From the IMG/VR virus record IMGVR_UViG_2915331061_000005: a stretch of DNA of 64,000 bases, one strand, 5' to 3'. The translations under genes and the position numbers were made by a program. Every line of letters starts with the position of its first letter. Within the stretch, counting starts at the first letter, position 1. Below are positions 36,540 to 46,293 of this stretch, piece by piece. The DNA is from a virus. Lineage: Duplodnaviria; Heunggongvirae; Uroviricota; Caudoviricetes. The notes under the pieces were generated by a model, which saw nothing but the letters and a program-made list of their open reading frames with translations, ran no database searches and was not told where the DNA came from.

Positions 36540-38399
36540 TTAGATACCTCCCGAAAGCTGACGACGGCCCCGTGATTTCTTGACCGGCTGGGCAGGCGTT
36601 CCGTCTGCATCCGGTTTTTTCAGCACAGGGCGAGAAATAGCAAGAGCCGCGGTTGCGTAATTGCGCAAATCCAGCGGCTCGTTTCGTTTATGCTCTTTAT
36701 CTTTGATTTCCCAGTATTCTTTCAAATGACCCTTGACGAACCGCACCACTTTCTTCTCAGCTGTTAGGCCCTTGAAGTATTCTTCGGTGTAGCCTGCTTC
36801 CTCATTTGACGGGAAGTGGCAGTAGTTCGGGCCGGGCGTCTTGACTTCCAAACGCTGATAGATGGTCGTTTTGCCCGCATCAACGCCCAGAATGAACAGG
36901 TCTGCCCGAACACGATTGTTCTTGGACGGGTTGCGGATAAACGGCACTCCTGCGCCGCCCATGCCCTTAATGGCAAAGATGCGCCGGTTGAGCCGTTCCT
37001 TTGCAAACCGGTAAACTTCATCGGTGTGGTGTCCACCGGAATCAATGCAGGTCGCCAACAGCGGGTATGCCGTTCCGTCTGCCTTGTGCCATGTCCGAAG
37101 TAGAAAGTTGTCCAGATCGTCCCATACCTGATCCGAAAGCATATCGCCGAAGATTTTCTGGTAGCGAACGCCCCAGCTCTCTGTGCCCTCGCCCCAGCCG
37201 ACCACTTCAACTTCAAAGCGATCATCCTGCACGTCAACACCAGCAGTGAGGTACAGAACATCATCCGGCACCTCTGCGGCGTAGATTTCGCGGCGGTTGA
37301 ACAGCTCGATGTCCTCCAACTGAATGCCGCGTTCCTCCCACGTCTCGCCCAACTCTGTGTTCACCCAGACCTTCATTTGTTCCGGGTTGCCATGATCGAG
37401 GGCAATTTTCGCTTCGATGAACTTCGTCACGATCTCTTTCCAGCCAACAAAGGTTGAAGCCAGCGTGTTCAGGTGGAAGCCTCTGGATTCTGCACCGGGA
37501 TTGGCGGCAACATACTTACCGTATTTCCCCTGCTCTTTCCAGCGGTATTCATTTGATACACAGCCGCATTCCCTGCAGACATATCCAATTCCCTTGTCGA
37601 GGTCGTCTTTGTCGAACTTGACATTCTCCCAAAGGAACGGCTGGTATGCCCCACATTCCGGGCAAGGCACGTTCCATTCTTCTTGTGTAGAAAGTAGGTA
37701 GGCGTCCTCAATGCGGCTGTCTCCCTTGATGGTGGGCGTGCTGACCATGACGGTCTTGTAATCCCAAAAGGTCGTCTGGCGTTTCTTTGCCAGATCAAGA
37801 GGGTCGCCCTCTGTTCCTGCGCTCTTGGGGTAGCGGTCGATCTCGTCCGCCAGCAGCACTTTGATGGGGCGGCTGGCAAGGCTCGACGGGCTGTTTGCGC
37901 CAACAATGGTGATGTGCCCGCCGGGGAAGTTCTTCTTCATGACGGTATTTCCAGCGTACCGGCTTTTGGTATCCACCAGACCGGTAAGCCGGGGCGTGTC
38001 CCGGATCATGGGAGCGATACGGTCTTTTGAGAGCGTCTGCCCCATGTCAAGGGTAGGCTGCATACACATCACCGGGCAGGGTGCATAGTCCATGTAGTAG
38101 CCCAGCGGGTTCAGAATGAAAGCATCCGTCTTTCCGATCTGCGCCGCCGACATGACGACGACAGAACGGACGTGAGGATCACCGATGGCATCCATGATAG
38201 CCCGCTGATACGGGGCTTTCTCGGTGTGCCACCGCCCCGGTTCTGCGCTGGATTCTGCGGACAACACCCGGTATCTGTCCGCCCACTGGCTGACTGTCAG
38301 GGGCGGCGGCGGGCGTAGTTTGCTTAGAACCTCGGCGAACAGTTCCACGGTCTGCGGTTCAAGTTTCACGATCCGTTTTTTCTTCACGTTTCGGTTCAC
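36540..38399 (-). CDS. Terminase large subunit (lambda gpA family)
   Basis: 619 aa. N-terminal ATPase region (VVMSAAQIGKTD Walker A-like) and nuclease C-terminus. Confidence 0.85.
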   Translation of the reverse strand: MNRNVKKKRIVKLEPQTVELFAEVLSKLRPPPPLTVSQWADRYRVLSAESSAEPGRWHTEKAPYQRAIMDAIGDPHVRSVVVMSAAQIGKTDAFILNPLGYYMDYAPCPVMCMQPTLDMGQTLSKDRIAPMIRDTPRLTGLVDTKSRYAGNTVMKKNFPGGHITIVGANSPSSLASRPIKVLLADEIDRYPKSAGTEGDPLDLAKKRQTTFWDYKTVMVSTPTIKGDSRIEDAYLLSTQEEWNVPCPECGAYQPFLWENVKFDKDDLDKGIGYVCRECGCVSNEYRWKEQGKYGKYVAANPGAESRGFHLNTLASTFVGWKEIVTKFIEAKIALDHGNPEQMKVWVNTELGETWEERGIQLEDIELFNRREIYAAEVPDDVLYLTAGVDVQDDRFEVEVVGWGEGTESWGVRYQKIFGDMLSDQVWDDLDNFLLRTWHKADGTAYPLLATCIDSGGHHTDEVYRFAKERLNRRIFAIKGMGGAGVPFIRNPSKNNRVRADLFILGVDAGKTTIYQRLEVKTPGPNYCHFPSNEEAGYTEEYFKGLTAEKKVVRFVKGHLKEYWEIKDKEHKRNEPLDLRNYATAALAISRPVLKKPDADGTPAQPVKKSRGRRQLSGGI

Positions 38400-38485
38400 C
38401 TCTTACGCAAGCTGGGAACATACACAGGATCAGCCTTTGGTGGATGCGTTTGCCCCACGGGCAGTGCTTGCAAGCGCCGCCGGGC

Positions 38486-38989
38486 TTATCCGGTTTCTTC
38501 TCCGTCTTGTTCATCTTCTTCATCATCCTTCGGCGGCTGCAACGCCACCTGATAATTAGAAAATTCCTCCATGATCTCATAGAGGGAACTTTGCAATAAG
38601 TCCATGATCTTGCCCTCATCACCGTCCAGCTTGGCAATGTTTGCAGCCAACTTGTTGGGCAGGGCAAGGAGCCTTGAGCGCAGGTTCATAACAACGGTGG
38701 TCATGCCAACCGTGATGTCAGATTTCCGGTACAGTTCCCCATTGCGAACTTTATTCTCGGTTTCGGCGGCGATCCGTTTTTCCTTGGTCAGCTTCGCCCG
38801 TTCCTCGTTGAGGTCAGCTTTGCCGCCCTCGTCGCCCCGCAGGTAGTTGATGTACCGTCGGACGCTGGAACGCAGGTCGTAAAGGCCGGGGGCCTTTTCT
38901 TCCAGCACGCCCTCGTCTCGGAGCTGCCGCACCCGGCGTTCGGACAGGTCGAGATACTGTGCAACGATCTTAGTCGTGTACAGTTTCAT
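38486..38989 (-). CDS. HTH DNA-binding packaging protein (Nu1-like winged helix), possible second terminase small component
   Basis: N-terminal KIVAQYLDLSERRVRQLRDEGVL HTH, coiled coil, acidic tail. Confidence 0.4.
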   Translation of the reverse strand: MKLYTTKIVAQYLDLSERRVRQLRDEGVLEEKAPGLYDLRSSVRRYINYLRGDEGGKADLNEERAKLTKEKRIAAETENKVRNGELYRKSDITVGMTTVVMNLRSRLLALPNKLAANIAKLDGDEGKIMDLLQSSLYEIMEEFSNYQVALQPPKDDEEDEQDGEETG

Positions 38990-39731
38990 CCTCTGTCCCT
39001 CCCTCCGGGTCTACATCCACCTCACCGGTCGCCCGCGTCTTTGCAATGTCAAGGCGTTCCAGTTCCAGAGCGTACCGTTTTTCAAATTCTTCCTGCTGAC
39101 GGATTTGTGTGGTCAGGGAAATAATTCTGCCGGAGACCTTGTTCAGGGCCTCCCGCAGCTGGGTCACTCGAACAAAGGCACTGTCCTTGTTATCCATGAC
39201 CATCTTCTGCACAGCTCCGTCCGCCTGCTTCCCGTCTTTGTCCTTTCCCGGTTTTCGCATATCGGTGATGGATGCAGTGAACAGCTTTTCCGGGTCGCAG
39301 CTTTCATACTCTGCGATCCGTTCCATGATGTGCCGCTGCTGAATCCGAAGCAGCTTCAACTCATAAATGTTGTTCTCGTTTGCACCGGTCGGCATTTGAT
39401 CCAGCCAGTCCCGTTCCTCTTGGTTCAAACGTTCAAGGTGAACCGTGCTATATGCACCGTCCTTCTCTGCGTTGGTGTTTCCGTTCGGCGCACCGCCGCC
39501 GGGATTGCCCTTGGCATTCCTCTTGCCCCGGCTGTTTTTGTTTCCGGGCTGTCCCCCGCGCTTGCGCTCCACCGCATCGTCCCATTGGTCAATGCGTTTC
39601 CAGTTGCGGACGGTTCCGTATGTCACGCCCAGCTTTTCGGCAAGGTCTTTGAGATTTACTTTCTCGCCCGACCGCCGCCGCTTGATGTACTCAGCCTTGG
39701 CGGTGTCGCGCTTGTCGTTCCGCTTCGGCAT
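38970..39731 (-). CDS. Terminase small subunit
   Basis: LGVTYGTVRNWKRIDQWDD...GGQPGNKN motif typical of phage small terminase subunits. Confidence 0.6.
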   Translation of the reverse strand: MPKRNDKRDTAKAEYIKRRRSGEKVNLKDLAEKLGVTYGTVRNWKRIDQWDDAVERKRGGQPGNKNSRGKRNAKGNPGGGAPNGNTNAEKDGAYSTVHLERLNQEERDWLDQMPTGANENNIYELKLLRIQQRHIMERIAEYESCDPEKLFTASITDMRKPGKDKDGKQADGAVQKMVMDNKDSAFVRVTQLREALNKVSGRIISLTTQIRQQEEFEKRYALELERLDIAKTRATGEVDVDPEGGTEDETVHD

Positions 39732-39971
39732 CCGGCATCACTCCTGCACCCCGTTTCCAAAATACACGCAAAAGAAAAAGCCCCACGACGGAATGTCATG
39801 GAGCTTCGCACCTATCACTGTACCGATTATAGCAGGAAAAAGGCATCACGATACATCATTTTGAAAATTTTCTTCAAAAAATCCCCCTAAATTTTTTCAG
39901 ACCCCCTTCTGGGGAAGGGCAAAAATCCGTTTATACCTAGAAAATTTTCGGGCTTTCGGACCCGTAAAGGA

Positions 39972-40550
39972 TTGAAACGCCGCTCCCAGTACCTACGGGC
40001 GCGGTGCGGGCGGGCCGTGGTCATCGGCCCAGCGCCGGGCGGCGGGCGCGGGGTCATTGCAAGAGGCGGCGCGGCGGGCCGGGCAGCGCCAGCGCGGCGG
40101 CGATCCGGCAGGCGGGCGGGGCCAGCGGGCCAGCGATCCGCCCCAAAGCAGGCCGGGCGCGGCGGCGATCTGGCAGGCGCGGCAAGGCGGCGGGCGGTGC
40201 TGGCTGCTGCATGGCTGGCAGTGTGCAGGCGGTGCAGTAGGGCGCGGCGGTCTGCTGTATGCTGGCATAGGGCAGGCGGGCGGCGCTGGCATGGTATGCA
40301 GCAGGCAGGGCGGCGGCGGAATGCCCTGTGCAGCCGGTGCGCGGCGGGCGCTGGCTGCTGCAGGCGGTGCAGTGTGAGCGGCCCGGCAGAGCGGGCAAAA
40401 GGAAAAAAGGCCGGGCGGCGGCGCGTTGTGCGTCGGTCGTCCCGGCCTTTTCTGCTGCTGTTGTCGCCCCGGTGCAGGGCTGTTTTTGCCGTTTGCCGGA
40501 GGGGTCAGATTCTTCACTTAACGGCATATCGCTGCAGTGGTAAGGGTTAA
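39972..40550. repeat. Extremely GC-rich (~75 %) non-coding island with degenerate direct repeats (GCGCGGCGGCGATC(C/T)GGCAGGCG x2, GCTGGCTGCTGCA...GGCGGTGCAGT x2); candidate cos/pac packaging region
   Basis: Immediately upstream of the packaging genes. All ORFs here are Arg/Gly/Pro-rich artefacts. Confidence 0.45.
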
Positions 40551-40604
40551 CTAGGCTATATGCCGCCCTAGTAACCCCCTATAGTCCCCCTTCTTCCCCG
40601 CTTT

Positions 40605-40835
40605 TCACGGTTTCACGGAATCAGCCCCCGGCAAATCGTCCAGCGTCAACGGCTGGCCCTCTTTTGCCATACGTTCCCGCACAGCCTGTAAAATATATCC
40701 TTGCAGACTTTGCCCCGCAACCGCGGCGGCGGCGCGAATCGCTGCCCCCTCTTGCTTGAGCGGCCAAACTGTAATGCGGTCACACTTTGCGTTGTATTTA
40801 TCGTTGTTACGTCTTTTTGCGTCAGATACCGGCAT
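40605..40835 (-). CDS. Ribbon-helix-helix (CopG/Arc-like) DNA-binding protein
   Basis: N-terminal KRRNNDKYNAKCDRITVWPLKQE beta-strand then two helices. Divergent from the repeat-laden promoter. Confidence 0.5.
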   Translation of the reverse strand: MPVSDAKRRNNDKYNAKCDRITVWPLKQEGAAIRAAAAVAGQSLQGYILQAVRERMAKEGQPLTLDDLPGADSVKP

Positions 40836-40886
40836 ATTATTACCCCTTGCTTATTTATTAAATATAATATAGCACAACCCAGCAGA

Positions 40887-41018
40887 CACCGCAACGTGCA
40901 AATTGCACAACACCGCAACGTGCAATTTGTGCAGAACGCCAAAAACACCGCAACGTGCTTGACATGCGACACGTTGCGGTGCTAGAATACAGCCACGGCA
41001 AGCGACACCGCAACGTGC
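40887..41018. repeat. Array of five 13-bp repeats CACCGCAACGTGC (four direct, one inverted) spanning the early promoter
   Basis: Copies at 40887, 40911, 40946, ~40968 (inverted) and 41006. Confidence 0.7.
40959..40988 (+). promoter_or_regulatory. Early promoter (TTGACA, 18 nt, TAGAAT) embedded in the repeat array
   Basis: Consensus -35 and near-consensus -10. One inverted repeat lies in the spacer. Confidence 0.5.
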
Positions 41019-41053
41019 TAGCAAGCCGAATAAGCCGAAAGGAGAAAAGCCGC

Positions 41054-41161
41054 ATGAATAAGCACTTTTTCGAGCTGCCAAAAGCCGTCAAGCGTGCCGT
41101 TTGGGCCGCGCTCATGGCTGAATGGGCAAAGAAAAAAGCCGCCAACCGCACCACCGGTTGA
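41054..41161 (+). CDS. Small basic protein (35 aa)
   Basis: RBS GAAAGGAGAAAAG, first gene of the early operon. Confidence 0.35.
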   Translation: MNKHFFELPKAVKRAVWAALMAEWAKKKAANRTTG

Positions 41162-41321
41162 CAGCTCGCAAGATGGGATTTGAACAGCTCATCTTGCAAT
41201 GATTTTACCAGTTTTCGCCGGTAAAGTCAAGCGGACACTTTGCAAGGGCTGCACCGCTCAACAAAGCAACCCATGCCCACCACCCCGCCGGGGTGATTCA
41301 AAAGAAAAGAGGTTTTGAAGT

Positions 41322-41711
41322 ATGACCACATTCGACCGCAAAATAAACCAGATCGCCGCCCGCCACGGGTGGAGCATCGAGAAACAGCCCCGCGCCGCTG
41401 TCCCTTGCTACATCATCGCCGCCCCAACTTATGAGGATACCGGGAAGATCGTTGCCGTTCTGAACCGCTGCAAGGGCTTGCACCATGAAACATTGACCCC
41501 GATTCACTATGAATCGTGGGCGGTCAAGGTGTATGACGCCGGACAGATCGCCGCATATCGGGAACGCGAACGGCAAAAAGCCGCCCTTGTTGATGCTTTC
41601 TATATGGCATTGAAAGCCAACGGCGGCGACCAGAACGCCGCGAAAGCTGCCCAGCGTGAAAAGGCGGTGCAATGGAACGCCGTCGAAGTGTTCAATGAAA
41701 TTTACGCATGA
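41322..41711 (+). CDS. Hypothetical early protein
   Basis: 129-aa ORF with RBS. Confidence 0.45.
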   Translation: MTTFDRKINQIAARHGWSIEKQPRAAVPCYIIAAPTYEDTGKIVAVLNRCKGLHHETLTPIHYESWAVKVYDAGQIAAYRERERQKAALVDAFYMALKANGGDQNAAKAAQREKAVQWNAVEVFNEIYA

Positions 41712-41824
41712 CCCCCGGATACCTTGACGGGCCGCACCACGAAAAGCGACCCGATCCCACGCCCCGACAATAGCCGGGGAAAAGCACGAAAAGCCACACC
41801 ACGAAACGAAAAGGAGAAACAACC

Positions 41825-42169
41825 ATGAAACGAATTTTGACCGCCGCCGCACTTTCCGCCGCGCTGCTGTCCAGCGCACCCCGCGCCGCTGCCGCCTGTC
41901 CCTACAAAGTCGGCCCTTTGGGGCGGTATATCGCCCCGGCCATTGTGCAGGGCATGACCGCCACCGACGACGGGAACGCCGTTGAAGTCTGGTGCACCGA
42001 CGCGCTGGACGGTGACGACTGGTTTTTTACCGTGGACAACGAAACCGAATTGAAGATTTACAGCCGTGTAAATCTGGTGATCGACGCCAACGGCACCCCG
42101 GACGACTTCACCGACGACCGCGTTATTGATGCCCTGTATTGTCACGATTGCGACGGGATCGACGATTGA
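41825..42169 (+). CDS. Secreted small protein (signal peptide, Asp-rich)
   Basis: MKRILTAAALSAALLSSAPRAAAA signal peptide. Confidence 0.5.
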   Translation: MKRILTAAALSAALLSSAPRAAAACPYKVGPLGRYIAPAIVQGMTATDDGNAVEVWCTDALDGDDWFFTVDNETELKIYSRVNLVIDANGTPDDFTDDRVIDALYCHDCDGIDD

Positions 42170-42187
42170 ACGAAAGGAGCGCACAAC

Positions 42188-42400
42188 ATGAAAACCCTTG
42201 AAGAAATCCGCAACGAATGCCGCAACGAAAACCACGCCGCCCGCCGCCTGTTGTCCGCCGGGTTCCGGCTTGAGGGGTGGGACATGAACACGGGGCGGCG
42301 GATCGTCGCCCGCATCACGAACGAGAACACGAACGACGAACAGCGCGCGTTCTACGAGTTTCCCGACTATCAAACCGCCGCCGCTGAACTTCTCGCATGA
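42188..42400 (+). CDS. Hypothetical early protein
   Basis: 70 aa with RBS GAAAGGAG. Confidence 0.4.
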   Translation: MKTLEEIRNECRNENHAARRLLSAGFRLEGWDMNTGRRIVARITNENTNDEQRAFYEFPDYQTAAAELLA

Positions 42401-42504
42401 TCCCCGCCGGATACCTTGACGGGCCGCACCGAAAAGCGACCCGATCCCATCCACCCGGCCCCGCCGGGAAGAACCACAACAAAAATTGAAAGGAAGTATT
42501 TACC

Positions 42505-43446
42505 ATGACGAACAATCAGATCATCCGCAACGAAGCCGCCCGGCTTGACCCTGCCACCCTGCACGCCATCGCCACCGCGCACCACACCCCGGACGAGATC
42601 GCCGCCATTGCCGCCGCTTGCAAGACCACCGACGAGAACGGCAACGAACAGCCCGCCACCGTGGCCGATGTCGAAATCATGCTTGCAGCCGACGAGCTGC
42701 ACACGTTCGACCACTGGAAGAAAGAGGGTAAGAGCGTCAAAAAGGGTGAAAAGCATCTTGTTTGCTGCTACCTCTGGAAGTACACCACGAAGCCCAGCAA
42801 AGAGCAGCGAGAAAAAGCAGCGGCAGAGGGCAAGGAAGCGGCCCCCGATCCGCATTACTACCCCACGAAATCGCACCTGTTCAGTTGCTTACAGGTTGAA
42901 AGCAGCAAGCCCGCCCCGGCTGGCCGGTTTGGATCGACCGCTGCAATCATCGAGTATAACAAGAAGCTGGCAGCCGAACGGAAAGCAGCGAAAGCCGCCG
43001 CCGAAAAGGCAAAGGCCGAAGCCGCCGCCCCGATCATCACCGAAGAACACCACGAGTTGCCGGAACTGGTGCACGCCGATCCGCTTCCCACGAAAAAGGC
43101 CACGAAGCGCACCGCCAAAAAGGCCCCGGCAAAGAAAGCCGAAACGAAACCCGCCGGGCCAGACATGGAAGAGTTGAAAAACGCTTTCGTCAAGAACTAT
43201 TCCCGCCTGTACCAGACCGACGACGACCACGAAAGCGGCGAGTTTTACGACGCCGTGGACAAGTTCGACGAAATGAGCGCCAACAATGCCCAGTTTACCG
43301 CCACCGTCCAGAAGTTCAATAAATACATGGGCGACCTTATCAGCAGTGACCGCGAAGCCGCCGCGTTTGTGATGGCCCTTGACGATCTGGAAAAGGCAAA
43401 GACCCCCGAAATGGTTCCCACCGTGCAGCAGCTTTGCTTTGCATAA
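42505..43446 (+). CDS. Hypothetical early protein with Lys/Ala-rich linker
   Basis: 313 aa. Central KAAKAAAEKAKAEAAAP low-complexity linker. Confidence 0.45.
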   Translation: MTNNQIIRNEAARLDPATLHAIATAHHTPDEIAAIAAACKTTDENGNEQPATVADVEIMLAADELHTFDHWKKEGKSVKKGEKHLVCCYLWKYTTKPSKEQREKAAAEGKEAAPDPHYYPTKSHLFSCLQVESSKPAPAGRFGSTAAIIEYNKKLAAERKAAKAAAEKAKAEAAAPIITEEHHELPELVHADPLPTKKATKRTAKKAPAKKAETKPAGPDMEELKNAFVKNYSRLYQTDDDHESGEFYDAVDKFDEMSANNAQFTATVQKFNKYMGDLISSDREAAAFVMALDDLEKAKTPEMVPTVQQLCFA

Positions 43447-43566
43447 CACGAAACGGAGACCCCAGCAGGGCCGCACCGCTCAAAGCGGCCCCGCCCCACT
43501 TCCCACCGGCACCCCGCCGGGGGATCGTCACGAAACACGAAAAACGAAAACAGGAGGCTTGAATTT

Positions 43567-44052
43567 ATGTCTTGCATGATGCTTTCCCCCGCCCACATCG
43601 CCACCGTTGCGCACGGTCTGGCGTACCTGCTCAATCAATCCGAAATGTGCCAGCTTTCCGCCGCCGACGAATTGCGCGACGCTCTGGGCGCTTGCAGATA
43701 CCCGCACGATTTTCTGTATGACGACCGCCGAATCTACCCCGTTCTGTACCGGCACAACGAAGCCGCGTATGAAGGGCGCTATAAGGCAGAGCCGGACGAA
43801 ACCGACGAAGTGCCAGCCATGCCGGACAATGTGCCGCACCTGCTGCACCGTCTGGACTACAACGAGCATTATTTTCTCGATGCTGATTTCTTCAAATTTC
43901 TGAAGCTGCTTGACTGCTACATTTACCAGTGCGAAGAACAGGCCACGGCAGACACGAATTTACAGAAAGCGCTTGTAAAGACTTCAAACCACTTGTACGC
44001 ATTCGCCGCCCAGCAGAATGCAGCATACAACGCCGCGCCGTGGTGCATCTGA
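43567..44052 (+). CDS. Hypothetical early protein
   Basis: 161 aa with RBS CAGGAGG. Confidence 0.45.
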   Translation: MSCMMLSPAHIATVAHGLAYLLNQSEMCQLSAADELRDALGACRYPHDFLYDDRRIYPVLYRHNEAAYEGRYKAEPDETDEVPAMPDNVPHLLHRLDYNEHYFLDADFFKFLKLLDCYIYQCEEQATADTNLQKALVKTSNHLYAFAAQQNAAYNAAPWCI

Positions 44053-44144
44053 TCCGCGCCGGATACCTTGACGGGCCGCACCGTAAAGCGACCCGATCCC
44101 AGCCGAAAGGCACAACACGAAACGCGAAAAGGAGCAAACGAATT

Positions 44145-45065
44145 ATGACAACATACTATCCCATCAACGAAAATCTGGCCCGTGCTTCCCACGATATGCG
44201 CAGCATGAGCACCTATCCGGACGGCTATGCAACCAGAGAATACCGTGCCAGCGTGGACAAAGCCGCCGCTCTGGTCGAAGAAAAGAAGCAGAAAGTCAGC
44301 CCCTACTATCACGAAAAGCTGGACGCGCTTCTTGACAGCTACGCCCGCCGCCTTGCACAGTGGACGGACGACCACAACCGGAACGGCGCAAGCTGCCCCT
44401 CTGTGCTTGTGTGCGGTGCTGGCAACTTCCCGGTGCGGAAGAAGCAGAAGCAGAACGCCCGCGAGGATACGCTTTGGCACGAATATGAAGAAATCGAAGC
44501 CATCTTGACGAAAATCAAGGCGGTTGGCACCGGCCCCGTTGATCTGGCCGACCCCCACGCCCGCGAACTGCTCACGGATCAGCTGAACAAAGAGCAAGAC
44601 CTTCTCGAATATTGCAAGGGTGCCAATGCCTATTACCGGAAGCACAAAACCTTGCGCGGCTATTCCAACATGAGCGACGCGGCAGCCGACGCGCTCACCA
44701 ACCCGGACGCCTTTTCAATGAGCCTGTACCGCAAGCCCTACGGCGATTTTGAGTTAACCAGTATCCGCGGCAAGATCAAGCGGATTCAGACCCGCCTTGA
44801 CGAACTCGACAAGGTACAGGCCGCCGCTGCATCCGGCCCCGTTGAAGATCAGCACGACGGCTACACCTACCGTGAGAACAACGAAATCATGCGCGTGCAA
44901 TTCATCTTTCCCGGAAAGCCGGACGACGAAACCCGCGCCATGCTCAAAGAGAACGGTTTCCGGTGGGCACCCAGTCAGGGCGCTTGGCAGCGCCAGCTTA
45001 CCGCAAACGCCAAATATGCAGCGCACCGTGTCATGGAGTTTCTGGACGGCAACGAAAACGAATAA
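44145..45065 (+). CDS. Hypothetical early protein
   Basis: Internal start MTTYYPINEN (RBS AAAGGAGCAAACG) of ORF 43929..45065. Confidence 0.45.
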   Translation: MTTYYPINENLARASHDMRSMSTYPDGYATREYRASVDKAAALVEEKKQKVSPYYHEKLDALLDSYARRLAQWTDDHNRNGASCPSVLVCGAGNFPVRKKQKQNAREDTLWHEYEEIEAILTKIKAVGTGPVDLADPHARELLTDQLNKEQDLLEYCKGANAYYRKHKTLRGYSNMSDAAADALTNPDAFSMSLYRKPYGDFELTSIRGKIKRIQTRLDELDKVQAAAASGPVEDQHDGYTYRENNEIMRVQFIFPGKPDDETRAMLKENGFRWAPSQGAWQRQLTANAKYAAHRVMEFLDGNENE

Positions 45066-45171
45066 TAAAAGCGGACACCCCAGCAGGGCCGCACCGATTC
45101 AAAGCGGCCCCGCCCCATCTTCCCGGCATAAATGTCGGGAACATCACGAAAACGAAAAGGAGCTATGAACC

Positions 45172-45429
45172 ATGACAGCCAAACAGCAAAGCACCGAATC
45201 CGGCGGCGGTCTGCGCACCGTCACCCTCACCGCTGACCAGTGGAACACCCTGTATTTCTACCTTCTCACTTCCACGAAGTACCGCAACGGTGAAATTGAA
45301 GCGTGGGAAAGGCTGGCCCTTGAAACGAACGAGGACGGTTCCCCAAAGTTCATCCACGCCGCCGACAATGCGCGTTATCTCCGGGATCAGGAAAAGACGC
45401 TGCACGAAATTGCGCAAAGCATCTGCTAA
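45172..45429 (+). CDS. Hypothetical early protein
   Basis: 85 aa with RBS AAAGGAGC. Confidence 0.4.
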   Translation: MTAKQQSTESGGGLRTVTLTADQWNTLYFYLLTSTKYRNGEIEAWERLALETNEDGSPKFIHAADNARYLRDQEKTLHEIAQSIC

Positions 45430-45532
45430 CAGACCGCTCCGCCGGGGAAAATAGGAGAATTGACTTCATTTTGTAGTCGGTTGAATGCCGATCCACTGCC
45501 CCGCCGGGGTGAATCACGAAAGGACGAAACGA

Positions 45533-45721
45533 ATGTACTACTTCATTTACTGCAAAGGCCCCAACGAAAAGCGCTTCACGCTTTGCAATCCATGGAAAGG
45601 CACACGCGGCATGGGCAAAGTATATGCGCCGCGCTTCCTCAAGGATCAAGCCGACTATGCCGTTGCATGGATGGCCGAGCACAACCCCGGCTTTATCTTC
45701 CAGCGCCGCCCGGCACGCTGA
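45533..45721 (+). CDS. Small hypothetical protein
   Basis: 62 aa, internal start MYYFIYCKG. Confidence 0.3.
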   Translation: MYYFIYCKGPNEKRFTLCNPWKGTRGMGKVYAPRFLKDQADYAVAWMAEHNPGFIFQRRPAR

Positions 45722-45752
45722 ACATCACCACCACGAAAAGGAGCAACGAACC

Positions 45753-46070
45753 ATGACAACCAACGAACGCTTTCTCTCAGTCCTGCACAGGATCACTTCC
45801 TGCCGCCACTTAGCCACCGTCAACATAACGATCTGGAACAGACGCATTGAAGTCCGGCACACCGTTTTCGATGAAATGTACATCCTGCGCAGCTTTCCCC
45901 TGCCCAACACCCACAACGAATATTGCGTCTGCATGGCGGCTGCCTGCCGGTGTCTGTCCGACAAGCTGCTTTCGTGGGCAAGCGAGTACGACCACGGCAA
46001 CGACGTTCTGAACAAGCAGTACGACACTGTGAACAAAGCCTTTCGCAAGCGCTTAGAGGAACAAGAATGA
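45753..46070 (+). CDS. Hypothetical Cys-containing protein
   Basis: Internal start MTTNERFLSV with RBS AAAGGAGCAACG. Confidence 0.4.
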   Translation: MTTNERFLSVLHRITSCRHLATVNITIWNRRIEVRHTVFDEMYILRSFPLPNTHNEYCVCMAAACRCLSDKLLSWASEYDHGNDVLNKQYDTVNKAFRKRLEEQE

Positions 46071-46293
46071 CCCGTGCCCCGGTTCCATGCCGGGGCATCT
46101 TGTGATATACTTTCACTAACGAAATTGGACTTTTCAAGCACGAAAAGTTCAATTCCAGCAACGAATTTGCAAAAAAGGGGGCATTTTTACGAACGAAGTC
46201 GAATTTTTTGCACCTTGGCGTCTGGTTGCCAGTTTTGCCGACGGCACACGCGCCACGTTCGACGGACTGACCGAGGAACAGGCCCACGCCGCA

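Noticed and set aside
39972-40550. ORFs of 150-190 aa on both strands (Arg/Gly/Ala/Pro-rich)
   Set aside because: Artefacts of ~75 % GC repetitive DNA, with no RBS and homopolymeric amino-acid runs. Treated as a non-coding repeat island.
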